DNA of 63,708 bases, filler included, from Aduncisulcus paluster (lineage: Eukaryota), in NCBI GenBank assembly GCA_024181965.1. It is 4 parts of 4 records of this genome, joined end to end, with 100 filler letters (N's around TTAATTAATTAA, not from the genome) between each part and the next. Parts side by side here need not be neighbours in the genome. Positions count along the whole stretch, not along the records: positions 46,580 to 50,219 come from BQXS01011370.1; positions 50,320 to 63,708 come from BQXS01011371.1; 2 more parts are not named here. One strand, given 5' to 3'. Below are positions 47,614-59,892 of this stretch, piece after piece; position 1 is the stretch's first letter; every line of letters begins with the position of its first letter. Made by a program: the position numbers and the translations under genes. The notes beneath the pieces were generated by a model, which was not told the DNA's origin, searched no databases, and was given only the letters and a program-made list of their open reading frames with translations.

Positions 47614-48486
47614 ATGGATGAACCTTATTCTCAAAGCCAATTCCGTCCTGTGAAGTTTTCATTTTTAGGCGATGCCTTTTCGTTCTATTTTGGCAACTTC
47701 GTATGTTTGTCTCAAAATTTAACATTTTTAAAACAACTTATTGACGCTAATTAAAATTTTTCCTTCTCTCCACATAAGTTCCACATCTTCGTGATTTCTC
47801 TCGAATACCTAATACCTATTGCTATCTTCGTGTGTCTTATTTACCCCCTTCCCGATATTATTTTCCATATTCTGAATCTCCTTTTTGAAATCTTTGTCCT
47901 CCCTATTTTCACATATGCGTTCTTCAAGAATTCATATGATCTCAAGACAAAAGGACAAGCCACATTGAATCTGTTCTCTGACGTTGCTTATTTCTTCGTT
48001 AATAACTACATTCACAATATTCTTTTCTTCATTTTCTACGTTTTGATCAATCTTGCCGGACTTTTGTGTCTTGTTGTTGGGGTTTTCTTTACAATGGGAA
48101 CTTTCTCATCCGGATTTGTCATGAGAACAACCCATCCGGAATTATCAGCCGGTGATATTGCAAGTAGATGCTGGAGTGCCGGAGAGGTTCATGGCAATAT
48201 GTGGATTGCTGGTCTTGCGATATTTTTGTGGGCAATTGCCGTTTTGATTTTATCTTTCCTCGATCTTTTTGCTCTTTATTCCTGTTATTATGGTTCTTTT
48301 ATGTTTTGGGTCTTGATTATAGTGTTTATTTTGATTTGTTTGCTCACTCCTTGTATTCTTATGTGCATTGTTCTCAGTTATAATGTCACATCTGACCCAC
48401 AAACAAACAACACGCTTATGGCAGAATCTGATGAAATCCAATCTTATAATCAGAATCACATTGCCGAAAGCAATCAACTCGTTTAA
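47614..48486 (+). CDS. Multi-pass membrane protein, paralog B; exons 47614-47700, 47779-48486
   Basis: The track ORF starts at GTG. An upstream ATG exon (MDEPYSQ...GNF) joins in frame via a GTATGT..AAG intron 47701-47778 with a GCTAAT branch-like site. Confidence 0.8.
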
Positions 48487-49175
48487 TCATAAGGGTAATT
48501 TCTTGTACATTGGGAAAAATCAACCAATCTACATCAACTTCATTTTATCTTTAAATTTTAAAGTTTAAAATATTCATTATGAAGTTTTTGTTTTTTCTTT
48601 CGGGCCTCATTTTACCGTAGGGTGAATGTTTATATGGTGTTGTTTGTTTTGGTATAATTCTGGATCTAATAAACTCTATAGTCTACAGAACTAAATTGTT
48701 GATTTTCGGTCTCGAATATTTGTTTAGATCTGGTATTAAATCCAATTCAGTTATCAAGATAAGATCTCTGGGCCTTGGTCCACTGAGAAAGGCAACTGGA
48801 AATATGTGAGTTAGTGCTACTCAATGAGTGACAAAAACGAAAGAATATAGAAGATCATTTAACCACTGGTTAAACCAGCAACATGTTACCGGCATGTACC
48901 GGCTCTAATTCTTATAAATAAATTTGCTAGCCCTTATTAGGCCCTAATATTAGGGTTAACAATAATACCACTGATTTCAGACTGGATATGTAAACAAATA
49001 TATTGTTTAATCATGTATGTAATATAGATCTAAGGTCAGTGTGATCAGCAATGTAGAGAGATAGAATTTACTCTCCGATCTAGCACCATAAATATCTATT
49101 CCATTGTCCCTCTTATCATACACTCAATGTAATATAATATGATAACTATCAACCAAAAAGTTAAATTTGACGACA

Positions 49176-50219
49176 TCATGAACTGGTATCATATCCAGAA
49201 ATGCATATCTTCACACAAATATGACCAGAACTTGAACACATGACACTTCCATTGACCCAATCGGAGTGGGGAACCATAGGATGTCTACTTGCACCATTTA
49301 TAGATAACGGAATGGCACTTGGGCACGAAAAGGTGGCAAATATATTGGAATGTGAATATCTTTGAGAAGATAGATTAGAGAGCAACTGAAGTAGTATTCT
49401 TCCACCGATTACAGAGAATTCATTGATAATGTCATCATCATCTGTACTTTCATATGAATTGGAATTATCTTTCCATTTCAAGCAACAATATTCTTCTTTC
49501 TCCTGAGGAATTAGACCATCATCCTGTGCCTCTGGGTTCTGATCATCATCTTTCTCACTTGATAGTTGCTGAGAAAGTTCATTATCTCCAAGCTCAATTC
49601 CAAAAGAATCTGCAGCTACTTCTTCTTTCTGCTCTGCGGTCTCACTTTCTAACTTGTCTGCTTCTCCTTCTCTTTCTCCTTCTCTTTCTCCTTCTTTCTC
49701 AGTGGCTCCATAAATAGAATGGTGTTCAAGGAAACCTGCAATGACACGTGACTCAAGCTTATCAAAGACTTTAAGGATAGATGTTCTTGATGCAGAATCA
49801 TCAGACATTATTGTTATATCATGAATATCTTTCTCTTCTTCTTCTTCCTCTTCTTCCTCTTCTTCCTCTTCTTCCTCTTCTTCCTTAACATTATCTACAA
49901 GGAATTTAAACTTTTCGAAAGATAATTCTTTGGTTATGTACCTTGATCCAGCATCATCACCATCATCACGTTCTTCTCCTTCTTCTGTTCTTTCATCAAT
50001 TTCTACTTTCTCAGTAGCATGAGAATGTCTAAAAATAGACAATGTATCATCATCAGAACAAACAGGAATAGGTTTCCAGCATTCTATGTTCTTTGTCGAG
50101 ATGTTGTTACCAATACCGCATATAACAAGACTCACTCTGCCCATTCCTCTCTCTCCTCTCTCTTTCTCACTTTGTTTGGGATAATCTAAACTATTTTTAG
50201 ATACCGAATCCTTTCTTTG
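49176..50219 (-). CDS. Acidic low-complexity C-terminal fragment; frame open up to the linker
   Basis: The frame of 49176..50144 extends 25 codons with no stop to 50219; poly-Glu tract. Confidence 0.7.
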   Translation of the reverse strand, partial: QRKDSVSKNSLDYPKQSEKERGERGMGRVSLVICGIGNNISTKNIECWKPIPVCSDDDTLSIFRHSHATEKVEIDERTEEGEERDDGDDAGSRYITKELSFEKFKFLVDNVKEEEEEEEEEEEEEEEEEKDIHDITIMSDDSASRTSILKVFDKLESRVIAGFLEHHSIYGATEKEGEREGEREGEADKLESETAEQKEEVAADSFGIELGDNELSQQLSSEKDDDQNPEAQDDGLIPQEKEEYCCLKWKDNSNSYESTDDDDIINEFSVIGGRILLQLLSNLSSQRYSHSNIFATFSCPSAIPLSINGASRHPMVPHSDWVNGSVMCSSSGHICVKICISGYDTSS

Positions 50220-50319
50220 NNNNNNNNNNNNNNNNNNNNNNNNNNNNNNNNNNNNNNNNNNNNTTAATTAATTAANNNNNNNNNNNNNNNNNNNNNNNNN
50301 NNNNNNNNNNNNNNNNNNN
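50220..50319. other. Artificial contig linker N44-TTAATTAATTAA-N44
   Basis: Same construct as at 20746. Confidence 0.97.
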
Positions 50320-53300
50320 CTTTTTGATTGCCCGTTCACAAGTCACCATTCCCCAGCATTCCTTCCCACCACATGCCCCAATGCCAGAATATTCCCCATC
50401 TTCTTCTTGAATACCTCTCCCAATGGTGACTCCAGAACCCCAAAAGAGTGAAGGATAGAGAGTTTGATCAAGGTTGGTTAATACAGATGAGGGAACAGAA
50501 TCTAAGGCTGCTTGGGCCAGAATATTGTCATATCTTGCAAAAGAACAAAGTTTTGTTTGGAATTTGTTCAAGGGAGAAATAGAATGGGATAAATATAGAG
50601 GATCTTCAGCTTGAGTACGTGAGAATATATAAAACTCTTCTTCAGCCTCTATCAAGACACACGATCCCCGAGGATCGCACTGGATCTTTGTGACATTGGA
50701 GTCAGTAAAAGGATATTCAGAGAGAATTGTACCATCAGAAATGCTCATAAAGTAAATATTCCTTGTATCAGAATAAATAAATAGCTCGTCGAAAGCAAAA
50801 GAATACGAGGAAGTCGAAAAGGGGAGGAAATCTAAATGAAATTTCTTTTCCTCTCCAATTGGAAGATGTTCCCACCAGTAAAATGGCACAGAAAGAGAGG
50901 TTTCAAGAGATCTATAATAATGCATTGAGGTGGAAGAAGGTAAAGAAGTTAAATATTCATCAATTTGGCGCAGTTTTTGCCGCTTTTTCTCGTTTCGAAC
51001 ATCTTCATATTTCAGAGGAAATGGAGCAGGCGGATAAAATCCACCATTTCCATGATCTCTATGGTGATGAGAATGAATGTTATCAATATGATATTGTGGA
51101 ACGAATGCTCTATGTCTTCTGTGCCTTGGTCTTCTAGACTTAACATATGTTTCAATAATACTATTCATTTTTAAACATTCCATTGCCTTCTGCTCCCTTT
51201 CCAACCACATTCCACCTCCTTTTCCCATGTGCATTTCTTGATCATCATACACACTTTCTTCCATCCATTTTTTCAGCAAAGGAACAACACTTCGACGATC
51301 AGACCCGCATACACGCCAACAAACAAGAGAATTGATATTACTTCTGGTTATTACAGCGATCAAAAATCTCCCCGATGGTGAGAAATAAATCCCAGAAATA
51401 GAAAGAGAAGCATGTAATTTTGAGGAAGAAGAAGATTCTGAGAAATCGACAGGTAAAGACAACAGTAAATGTGGATGGAGATCAGAGTCCAAGCATGAAG
51501 TATGAATGAGGAATAACTGACGGTTGATAAATGCACACAACATGGGAAGATGAGGATGAATAGCAAATTGAGCTGGACTTTTCTTGAATGAAGTAATTCC
51601 CATGTAACGAGCAGAATTGAATGACGAGTTAAATTGTTTGGATGATGAAGAAGAAGAGGAAGAGAGCTTCATTGTTGTGGTTTTCGAAAAAGAATTCCCT
51701 AACACCGATGAAGGAAGATGAAAAGGTGAGAAACTTGTGGCTATATTTGGACCTCCACTCGCTATCCGCTGAATTGGAGTTGAAAACAATTGCCCACTGC
51801 TAGCGATGGATCTTGATGATGGTTGATGATGAAAAGATGAATTATTTCCAGAGATTATTTTTGCAGACGATAAAAATGATTGATGGGACGAGTTCCTCAT
51901 TCCCATCATTTGAATGGAAGCACTTGATATTGAATGAGGAGATCCAGCTAAAATCTTAGCTGAACGACTGGTACCATAAGTGGGTGCTGGTGTTAATAGA
52001 TCGCTTGCTGATGGAAGATGGTGAGAGTGTGACGAACGCATTTTTCTCTCATTCAATACCCATGTGAGCATTCGTCTAAATGTTTCTCTCATCCGAGCAA
52101 TAACCATTCCACAGGGCCGTATCATCAGCGAATCATGTTGTCCATCTGAAAACATGATTAACCCTTGAATATTATCATACGACAGCGGGAAAGACGCTGA
52201 AGAGGGAGAATGCTTGGATGGTTTGATCGGGTATTCAAAATCATACAAGGGAGTATAATTCTCACGAACTCCAAGAGTAAATACTTCACGGATCATCTTG
52301 ATACCAAGAGAGAAATCGCCCAAACATACATCTCGATGGATCCACTGACGCCAACGCTCCTCATCAAATTGAGTCCAATGATGCAAATGGGTAAGTCTTT
52401 CCGATTCGGTCAGGGACATGGCATGCATTTCAAAGAAGAAACCAAGCCAATGGATAATAATATCGTTCGATTGCGACACAATTGTAATAAATGGAATCGA
52501 TGAAAGAGAAGAAGGGGAGGAAGTGAAGAAAACATGTAAAGGCACCTTTCTTGAACACATCGCAGTATTTTCTATCTTACAGAGCAACGAATAAGCGGGG
52601 AAAACAAGAGGATGTATTGGAGAGAAAGGAACAAATGGAGAACTTGTCATATTTGAACATTGAGTGAAAGGAGGAAAAGACTCATTTTGGTGATCTTGTT
52701 TGGATTCTTCTTCCTTATTAAATCGACTATTCGTCTTATCAGCATCCACATGCTTTATATCATCGTCTTGGGAAGAAGTGCCTGGGCTATCATAAGATTT
52801 GTACAAATCACCATTTTCTCTTTCACTTTCTTCCATTGAACTTTCATCTTGAGAATCAACAAGAGATCTACCTTGAGTTGCCATCCATTGAGTATCCTTT
52901 TTATCCATAATATGCTCAGAATTCGATGTACATACACTTTCTTCAATAACTCCATACCAGGCAGATTCCATTTCCTTCCGATAACACTTTCGTTGTCTCT
53001 GTTCGAAGGTGTAGCCATTTATGCTCGTTTCTTTAGAGTCGAAACTGGGCTGGTGGGTTGGTTTTGACTGTCCTCCCGGCATTCCTATTCCACCATACTT
53101 AATTTCACACAAAGAGTAGACATATACAGTCCCAGAAACTCCATAAACAGCAATAAAACGACCACATTCGCTCACAACTATCTTTCTGCCCCACATGTCA
53201 TTCGCAGGCGACAAAAATGATTGAAGTATTAGTGAGGACTGGGATAGGCCAAAAATAGAAATGCCATCAGCACCTCCCACAACTATCTTATCGCCAGCAA

Positions 53301-53859
53301 TGTGACAACAACGTTTTGGAATGCGAGATGGAACTTCAGATTCCACATATTTTCGATATGGCCCATGACAAAGCCATAATTCAGGAGAAAAAGTTGATCG
53401 TTGTTGCAACCGAGAAATAGTTGGTGATGTTGAATCAGTGCAATGTTCAAATGATAAAACAAGAAATTGAGAAGCAGGAGCAATATATATTGGCTCTGAA
53501 AGTTTTGTAAAAACAGAATCTTTAATATGATGTGGAAGCTGAAATGCAGAGGGTATTTGCTGTTTAATCATCCTAAATCTTGAAATATGAATCAGTGTAT
53601 TACGCTCTTCTGCATTTAAAGGAATTCTCCACCGCTTATTTCCTCTAGGGCCACCATAATCCTTGGCTGTTGGTAAATATGTTGAATCTAATGAATCCAA
53701 TGATTCACGCACACCTCTTTTAAGTATATTTTGCATATATATTAAAAAATGTAAATCAAATAATTTGAAATAATTTGATAAGGGTGGCAAAACTACAAAA
53801 CAGAATGTTGACATTCTATAACATAATAAATCACATTGAAAATGGGAAATATTTTTCAT
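50320..53859 (-). CDS. Large beta-propeller (WD40-like) protein with disordered inserts; 3'-truncated at the linker
   Basis: IVVSECGRFIAV, FAIHPHLPML, IYFSPSGRFLIA and IQCDPRGSCVLI blade-like motifs; the true start may be MQNILK. Confidence 0.7.
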
Positions 53860-53974
53860 ATTTTGAATAATATTGATAAATTATGGAAAAGATGTTCAAT
53901 AAATTAACCAAGTCATCGAATACAATATTATGAACTCTAATCCAACGTTTTGAGCTCATCTCAAAAAGTAATAG

Positions 53975-56856
53975 ATGGATCCAGATACAATATTACCTAT
54001 CCAGAAGGTGAAAAAGGAAATTATGAAAGATATTATAGAAAATGATTGTTTAATAGTCGTGGGAGAGACCGGTTCAGGAAAAAGTACACAACTCCCTCAA
54101 TTTATTAAACAACTAGGATTAATTCAACCTTCACAATCCCTTATTGTATCTCAACCACGCCGAGTTGCTGCTATGAGTCTAGCTGATCGAGTAGCTAATG
54201 AAATGCATGTTTCACTTGGTAGAGAGGTTGGATATGCAGTGAGATTTGATGAAAAAAAATCCAAAGATACGTATATCACCTTCATGACTGATGGTATGCT
54301 CCTTAGAGAGTTATTAAAGGACCCTTTATTATCTAAATATAATGTTATTATGATCGATGAGGCCCACGAGAGAACCCTTCATACTGACGTTTGTGTCGCA
54401 TTAGTAAGAGCTATTTATATATTACGAAGTGTGAAACGAGCGATTCCACATCTTCCACCCCTCAAATTATTAATTACGTCAGCCACCATTGATAGTGAAA
54501 AATACTCAAAATATTTTTTTAATTCCAAAGTAATATCAGTTTCTGGACGTATGTACCCAATTACAACTGTATATACCAAAGATCCACTTCCATCGTATGT
54601 ATCTGGTGCAGTTAGAGCCTGTTTCCAGATTCATCAATCCCAACCTGTTGAAAAGGGAGATATTCTCGTATTTTTAACGGGAGAAGAAGAAATTAATGCA
54701 GCTGTTTCAGATATTAGGTCATTAAATTCCCAGTTTAAGAAAGCAAGCATTGAAAAGAAAGCCCAAATGATGATTGAATTAGAAAGAAGAGAAGAAAGGG
54801 CAAGACATTCGCACAACCACCGCAAGAAATCAGACAGTCAATCCCATGATTCGCCCCAATCTATATCTTCGAGACCACTGAAGACTCATTCTTCCATCGA
54901 CAGATCATCTTCCGAAGGGATACCTTTCATTTGTGTTTCTGACCTTGTTCCCCTTCCTTTATATTCATCATTACCGCCAGATGAACAGGCACTGGTCTTC
55001 AAATCTCACTCGTCAGTTGAAAGGAGAGTAATATTTTCGACAAACATTGCAGAGACATCGTTGACCATTCCAAATATAGGATTCGTTATTGATTGTGGTC
55101 TTGTGAAACAGCGTCAATATGATTCCAAGACCGGCGTTGATACTCTTTCAATTGTTCCAATATCACAACATAGCGCCAAACAACGGGCAGGAAGAGCTGG
55201 TCGTGTCCAAGAAGGAATGTGCATGTGTTTGTATACTGAAGATTCCTTCTTTTCCCTCCCTGAGTTTACAACTCCTGAAATCGAGCGAACTCCACTCTCT
55301 GATGTTCTTCTTTTGCTCCGTTCGATGCGAATAAGTGAAAGAGAGCTTGTTTTTATTGATCCACTCCCTGCGAGTGCAGTGAAACATGCTCTCGAAGAAC
55401 TACGAAAGATCGGCGCAATCAATCCATACGGAGAAGTTACTCCGATTGGGAGGATTATGAGTTTATTTCCACTCCCTCCCCATCTATCGAGAGTCCTTGT
55501 GTGTTCAATTTGGCTTATTGTAAATGTGTGGAAAAAAATGGAAATGCAAAGACAACAGCAATTTTCCTCATTAGAAACCGAATCGTCACTTGATANNNNN
55601 NNNNNNNNNNNNNNNTTCTTCTTTTGCTCCGTTCGATGCGAATAAGTGAAAGAGAGCTTGTTTTTATTGATCCACTCCCTGCGAGTGCAGTGAAACATGC
55701 TCTCGAAGAACTACGAAAGATCGGCGCAATCAATCCATACGGAGAAGTTACTCCGATTGGGAGGATTATGAGTTTATTTCCACTCCCTCCCCATCTATCG
55801 AGAGTCCTTGTGTGTTCAATTTGGCTTATTGTAAATGTGTGGAAAAAAATGGAAATGCAAAGACAACAGCAATTTTCCTCATTAGAAACCGAATCGTCAC
55901 TTGATAGCGCTACCATTGTTGAAATTAAAGAACTTATTTCAAAGGAAAGATACCATGTTATTCGCAAAGAAAGCTCTCTCTTCCATACTTTTGTCCCCTC
56001 TAATTCTAAGTTCCCACTCCCTTGCTCTCTTATGATGGATGTTCTACGCTTTGATCCTCTTCGTGATGTGTGTCTCGTTATTGGAGTTTTAAGTGGAATG
56101 GGTGGGATTTTCTTGTCAAATGTCCCATTGTCATATCGTCTCATGTGGGCACGAGAGGAGGGAGATTTCTTTTCTATATTACTTCTCTTGGAAGATTATC
56201 TCAAGAACTCTAAAAATAGAATCGATGCAAGAATATTTGTTTCTCAGAACAAACTGAATGGGAAAAGTATCGCCTATGCTTTGCGATCAGCTGAACAATT
56301 GTACAGAATATGTTTCCGAGAAGTATTGAAATGTTGGGAAAAAGATGAATTCATAGATATTCTTCCTCCTCAAGTTCATACTAAAAATGTCATAGAATTG
56401 GAGAGATTGTGCACCCTTTTGGTTAAAAAACAGATTGATCTCGCAAGAAAATGCATAACTCAACCTCATGATTCCTTAAATTCCCACGTCGAGTTTATGA
56501 AAAAATATCATCCTGTTGTGGAACCCATCAGAGACTATTTTCTTAAGATAGGGATGTTATCTGGGCTCTGCACTCGTGTAGCACGCAGAATAGAAGGCTC
56601 AAAACGCTATAAAATCGTTGGAAGTTCGAATTTTGTGCGGATTCATCCCCATTCATTCACAGCATCAATCTCTCAAGGTATTCAAAAAGAATTAAAAGAC
56701 AGAGGAGGAATTGAAGATGAGAAGATTGCATCAGCCCATGTTCAAAGCCTTCCGAAAGTAATTATGTTTAATGAGGTTATTTTCACCTCCAATTTCTTCT
56801 GCAGGTATGCCGCCCCAATTCTATGGGAAGATGCCAGAGAACAAGATAAATTATGA
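53975..56856 (+). CDS. DEAH-box RNA helicase (DHX33/Dhr2/Prp-like), split by a gap duplication
   Basis: GETGSGKST, QPRRVAA, DEAHER, SAT, FLTGEEEI, STNIAETSLTI, QRAGRAGR and OB-fold IHPHS. Removing the 311-bp redundancy (55305-55615) joins the two ORFs. Confidence 0.93.
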
Positions 56857-57087
56857 CATTATATTATATATTAAACCGATTAAAGGTGACTTTTCAAATT
56901 AATATTTGTATGCTGTCATATTTCATATACACCATTCCCTGAGGATGGTGGAAGAAATAATTGTGACGATCAAATTCAAATAAATATTTTATATTCTTTT
57001 TTAATTATATTTTTAAATATTTTATGTGGATTTATTGGGGTGTTCCCTGGAATCTCGAAAATTACTTTTTTTTTGCCTAAATACAGC

Positions 57088-58536
57088 ATGCCCTCCACCA
57101 TCGATTATCGGACAGCTAAAAGACCTGTATTTTCTCGAACTCAAGCTGTTTCCAGGGGTTCAGATGATGAGGATAAACATTATTGCCCTGTTCAACATGA
57201 AATATTAAATAAGAGATGTATGTAAGAGATTTTTCAAGAATTTTTATGATTCTGTTGGGCTTATTCAGGAGAATACTTATTTAATCGATTATTTTTCTCA
57301 TTTATATTCTTTTTTTTGATCATTGAAGACCGAGTGTTAAAAATCCTTGGGAAAGGGACCTTTGGCCGAGTTTTATTATGTGACGATATTCAAACTCAAC
57401 AACAAGTTGCAATTAAGGTTATAAGAGCGATAGACCGCTATACTGAAGCCGGTAAAATAGAAAATCGAATATTAATCTCCATTTTAGAGAATTGTGAACC
57501 ACAAGATAAAGATTTACTCGCACAAAGATTCCAACACTTTTACCATATGAACCATTTATGTATTGTATTCCGTAGATATGGACCATCGCTCCTCGATTTG
57601 TTAAAGCTCAACCAATGGCGAGGCTTCAATCCAGACTGGACTCGTGAACTTTCGAGATGCGTAGTCCGTGCTGTTGTCGCCATCCATCGCCAAGGGCTTG
57701 TTCATACCGATTTAAAGCCTGAAAATGTTCTTACTCTTGAACAGGTTCAGGAGACTCAAGTTCGTGGCAGAAAATTTTTCCACCCTCCAGGTGCCAACTG
57801 TGTCCTCATTGATTTTGGATCTGCCACGTATGATAAAGATCGTAAAGCAAGAGTAATATGTACACGTCAATACCGTCCCCCAGAGGTGATTCTTGAGTGT
57901 GGATGGTCTTTTGCTGCTGATATCTGGTCATTAGGCTGTATTATATTTGAATTATATACTGGCCAAATGCTGTTTCGTACCCACGATAGTGCCCAACACA
58001 TTGCGATGATGGAGAAGATCCTAGGACCTCTCCCTCGTCGTATGACCCAGAATTGTGGCCGCAACGTGGTCGGTAAACTTTTAACAACCGAAGGCAAGGT
58101 GATGTTCCCCATTCCTTCCACAACTGAGGCTGAAAAGAATAGATTACGGCAATGTAAGATTCTTAGTGATACTCGCGTTGGTGAATGCCCTGCCCTTCTT
58201 GATTTACTAACTAAAATGCTTGTTTTAGACCCCTATAAAAGGATTACAGCCGAGCAGGTCCTTAAACATCGTTTCTTCAACCCCGTGGGTGAGGCTTGTG
58301 TTCAGACTGAAATGGATTTGAGTGTCATTCCGAAAGACTCAGAGTTTGTTGTCCAAAAATTGAAAGCCGAGATGGAAGCTGAACGTAGGAGAGCCGAAGA
58401 GGCTGAGAACGCTCTTCTTATTGCTTGGAAAACCATCAATGATGCTGCTGAAAGCCTGCGTCGATATGGAGCTCCTCTGCATCCTTCCTCGTATTTACGA
58501 AAGGTTGTTGAGGAAGTACGAATTAAAAAGAAATAG
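57088..58536 (+). CDS. LAMMER/CLK-family kinase; exons 57088-57217, 57329-58536
   Basis: Spliced DDEDKHY...NKRY-RVLKILGKGTFG, HTDLKPEN, DFGSAT, TRQYRPPEVIL, QHIAMMEKILG; intron 57218-57328 is GTATGT..AAG. Confidence 0.93.
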
Positions 58537-59210
58537 ATTGATTCCGTCATCAACTCCATTTCATGTTTTATTTTAGACTAACGTCACGCTCATTATTTTT
58601 GTCCATGTGACAACTTGTTATCATACTTTCATGATTTATAATTCATAAGTGAAAACTTTTCTTCAGTATTTTTTTTTGTTTTCCAATATTATTTTCTACT
58701 AATTTATGTTCTTATTAATTATTCCGACACAGAATCATAATCTTTGTTGAGGGCCTCCTAATATTCAATAATATTGTATTTGAACGAATAAATTGAATCC
58801 AATTATATTCATACATAAATTATTAAGCAACTAACAATAGAAATTTGGTCTGGAAGAGACTGAAAAAGAAATAGATTGATTCCGTCATCAACTCCATTTC
58901 ATGTTTTATTTTAGACTAACGTCACGCTCATTATTTTTGTCCATGTGACAACTTGTTATCATACTTTCATGATTTATAATTCATAAGTGAAAACTTTTCT
59001 TCAGTATTTTTTTTTGTTTTCCAATATTATTTTCTACTAATTTATGTTCTTATTAATTATTCCGACACAGAATCATAATCTTTGTTGAGGGCCTCCTAAT
59101 ATTCAATAATATTGTATTTGAACGAATAAATTGAATCCAATTATATTCATACATAAATTATTAAGCAACTAACAATAGAAATTTGGTCTGGAAGAGACTG
59201 AAAAAGAAAT
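58525..59210. repeat. 338-bp tandem duplication with AAAAAGAAAT at all three junctions
   Basis: 58525-58862 matches 58863-59200; the 10-mer recurs at 58525, 58863 and 59201. Confidence 0.9.
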
Positions 59211-59257
59211 GGTTCATTTTTTTGACACACACGAAAAATTTTTTATAATAATCAATT

Positions 59258-59622
59258 ATGTCTGTTACAACAGTTCCCAAAGATATGATATCTGTCATGC
59301 AATCCCTTGAAGCACATTGGTCTGTACTTGAAGCCGAGATTGAAGTCATAAACAAAGATATTGATCATATTGATGGGTGTATAAGAAAATATGGTGATTA
59401 TTTCGTTGAACCACTAAGAAGATTGAAAGTATGTATTGAAATTTCTCGTTTTTAGCCTCTGGAACTTTTTTTTCTAACATGTTACCATTTTTTTCCTTCC
59501 AGGAATTGAAAAATGCCAAATCAGAACAAATGAGAGAAATAATTAAATCATTAGAAGCTCTTAGAAAGAATATTGATGGAGGAAGAAGGTTGTTGAGAGT
59601 GTTAGATCGGGGTAAGCTCTAA
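59258..59622 (+). CDS. Small coiled-coil hypothetical protein (96 aa); exons 59258-59428, 59503-59622
   Basis: Phase-0 GTATGT..CTAAC..CAG intron 59429-59502 gives a continuous helical ORF. Confidence 0.75.
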
Positions 59623-59892
59623 TGAGCTTATAGCCATATCTAAGACAAAATACCCGAAACAAAATTAAGAATATTTATTTTTTGCAAATTTATTCATCAA
59701 TAAATGTTGTCAATTTAACAAATTGATTTTTTACAATGCCAAATGAACCGTTGTTGCAGGTTCAACCTGATATCGAAGTTCGATCTCACACTCCTTGTTT
59801 TGCAGCCTCTTTCTTGGTAAATTTGTTTTATCGTATCATTTTTTGTAAATCCATCATATTATTATCATTATTAACTGCTCATATATTATCCT

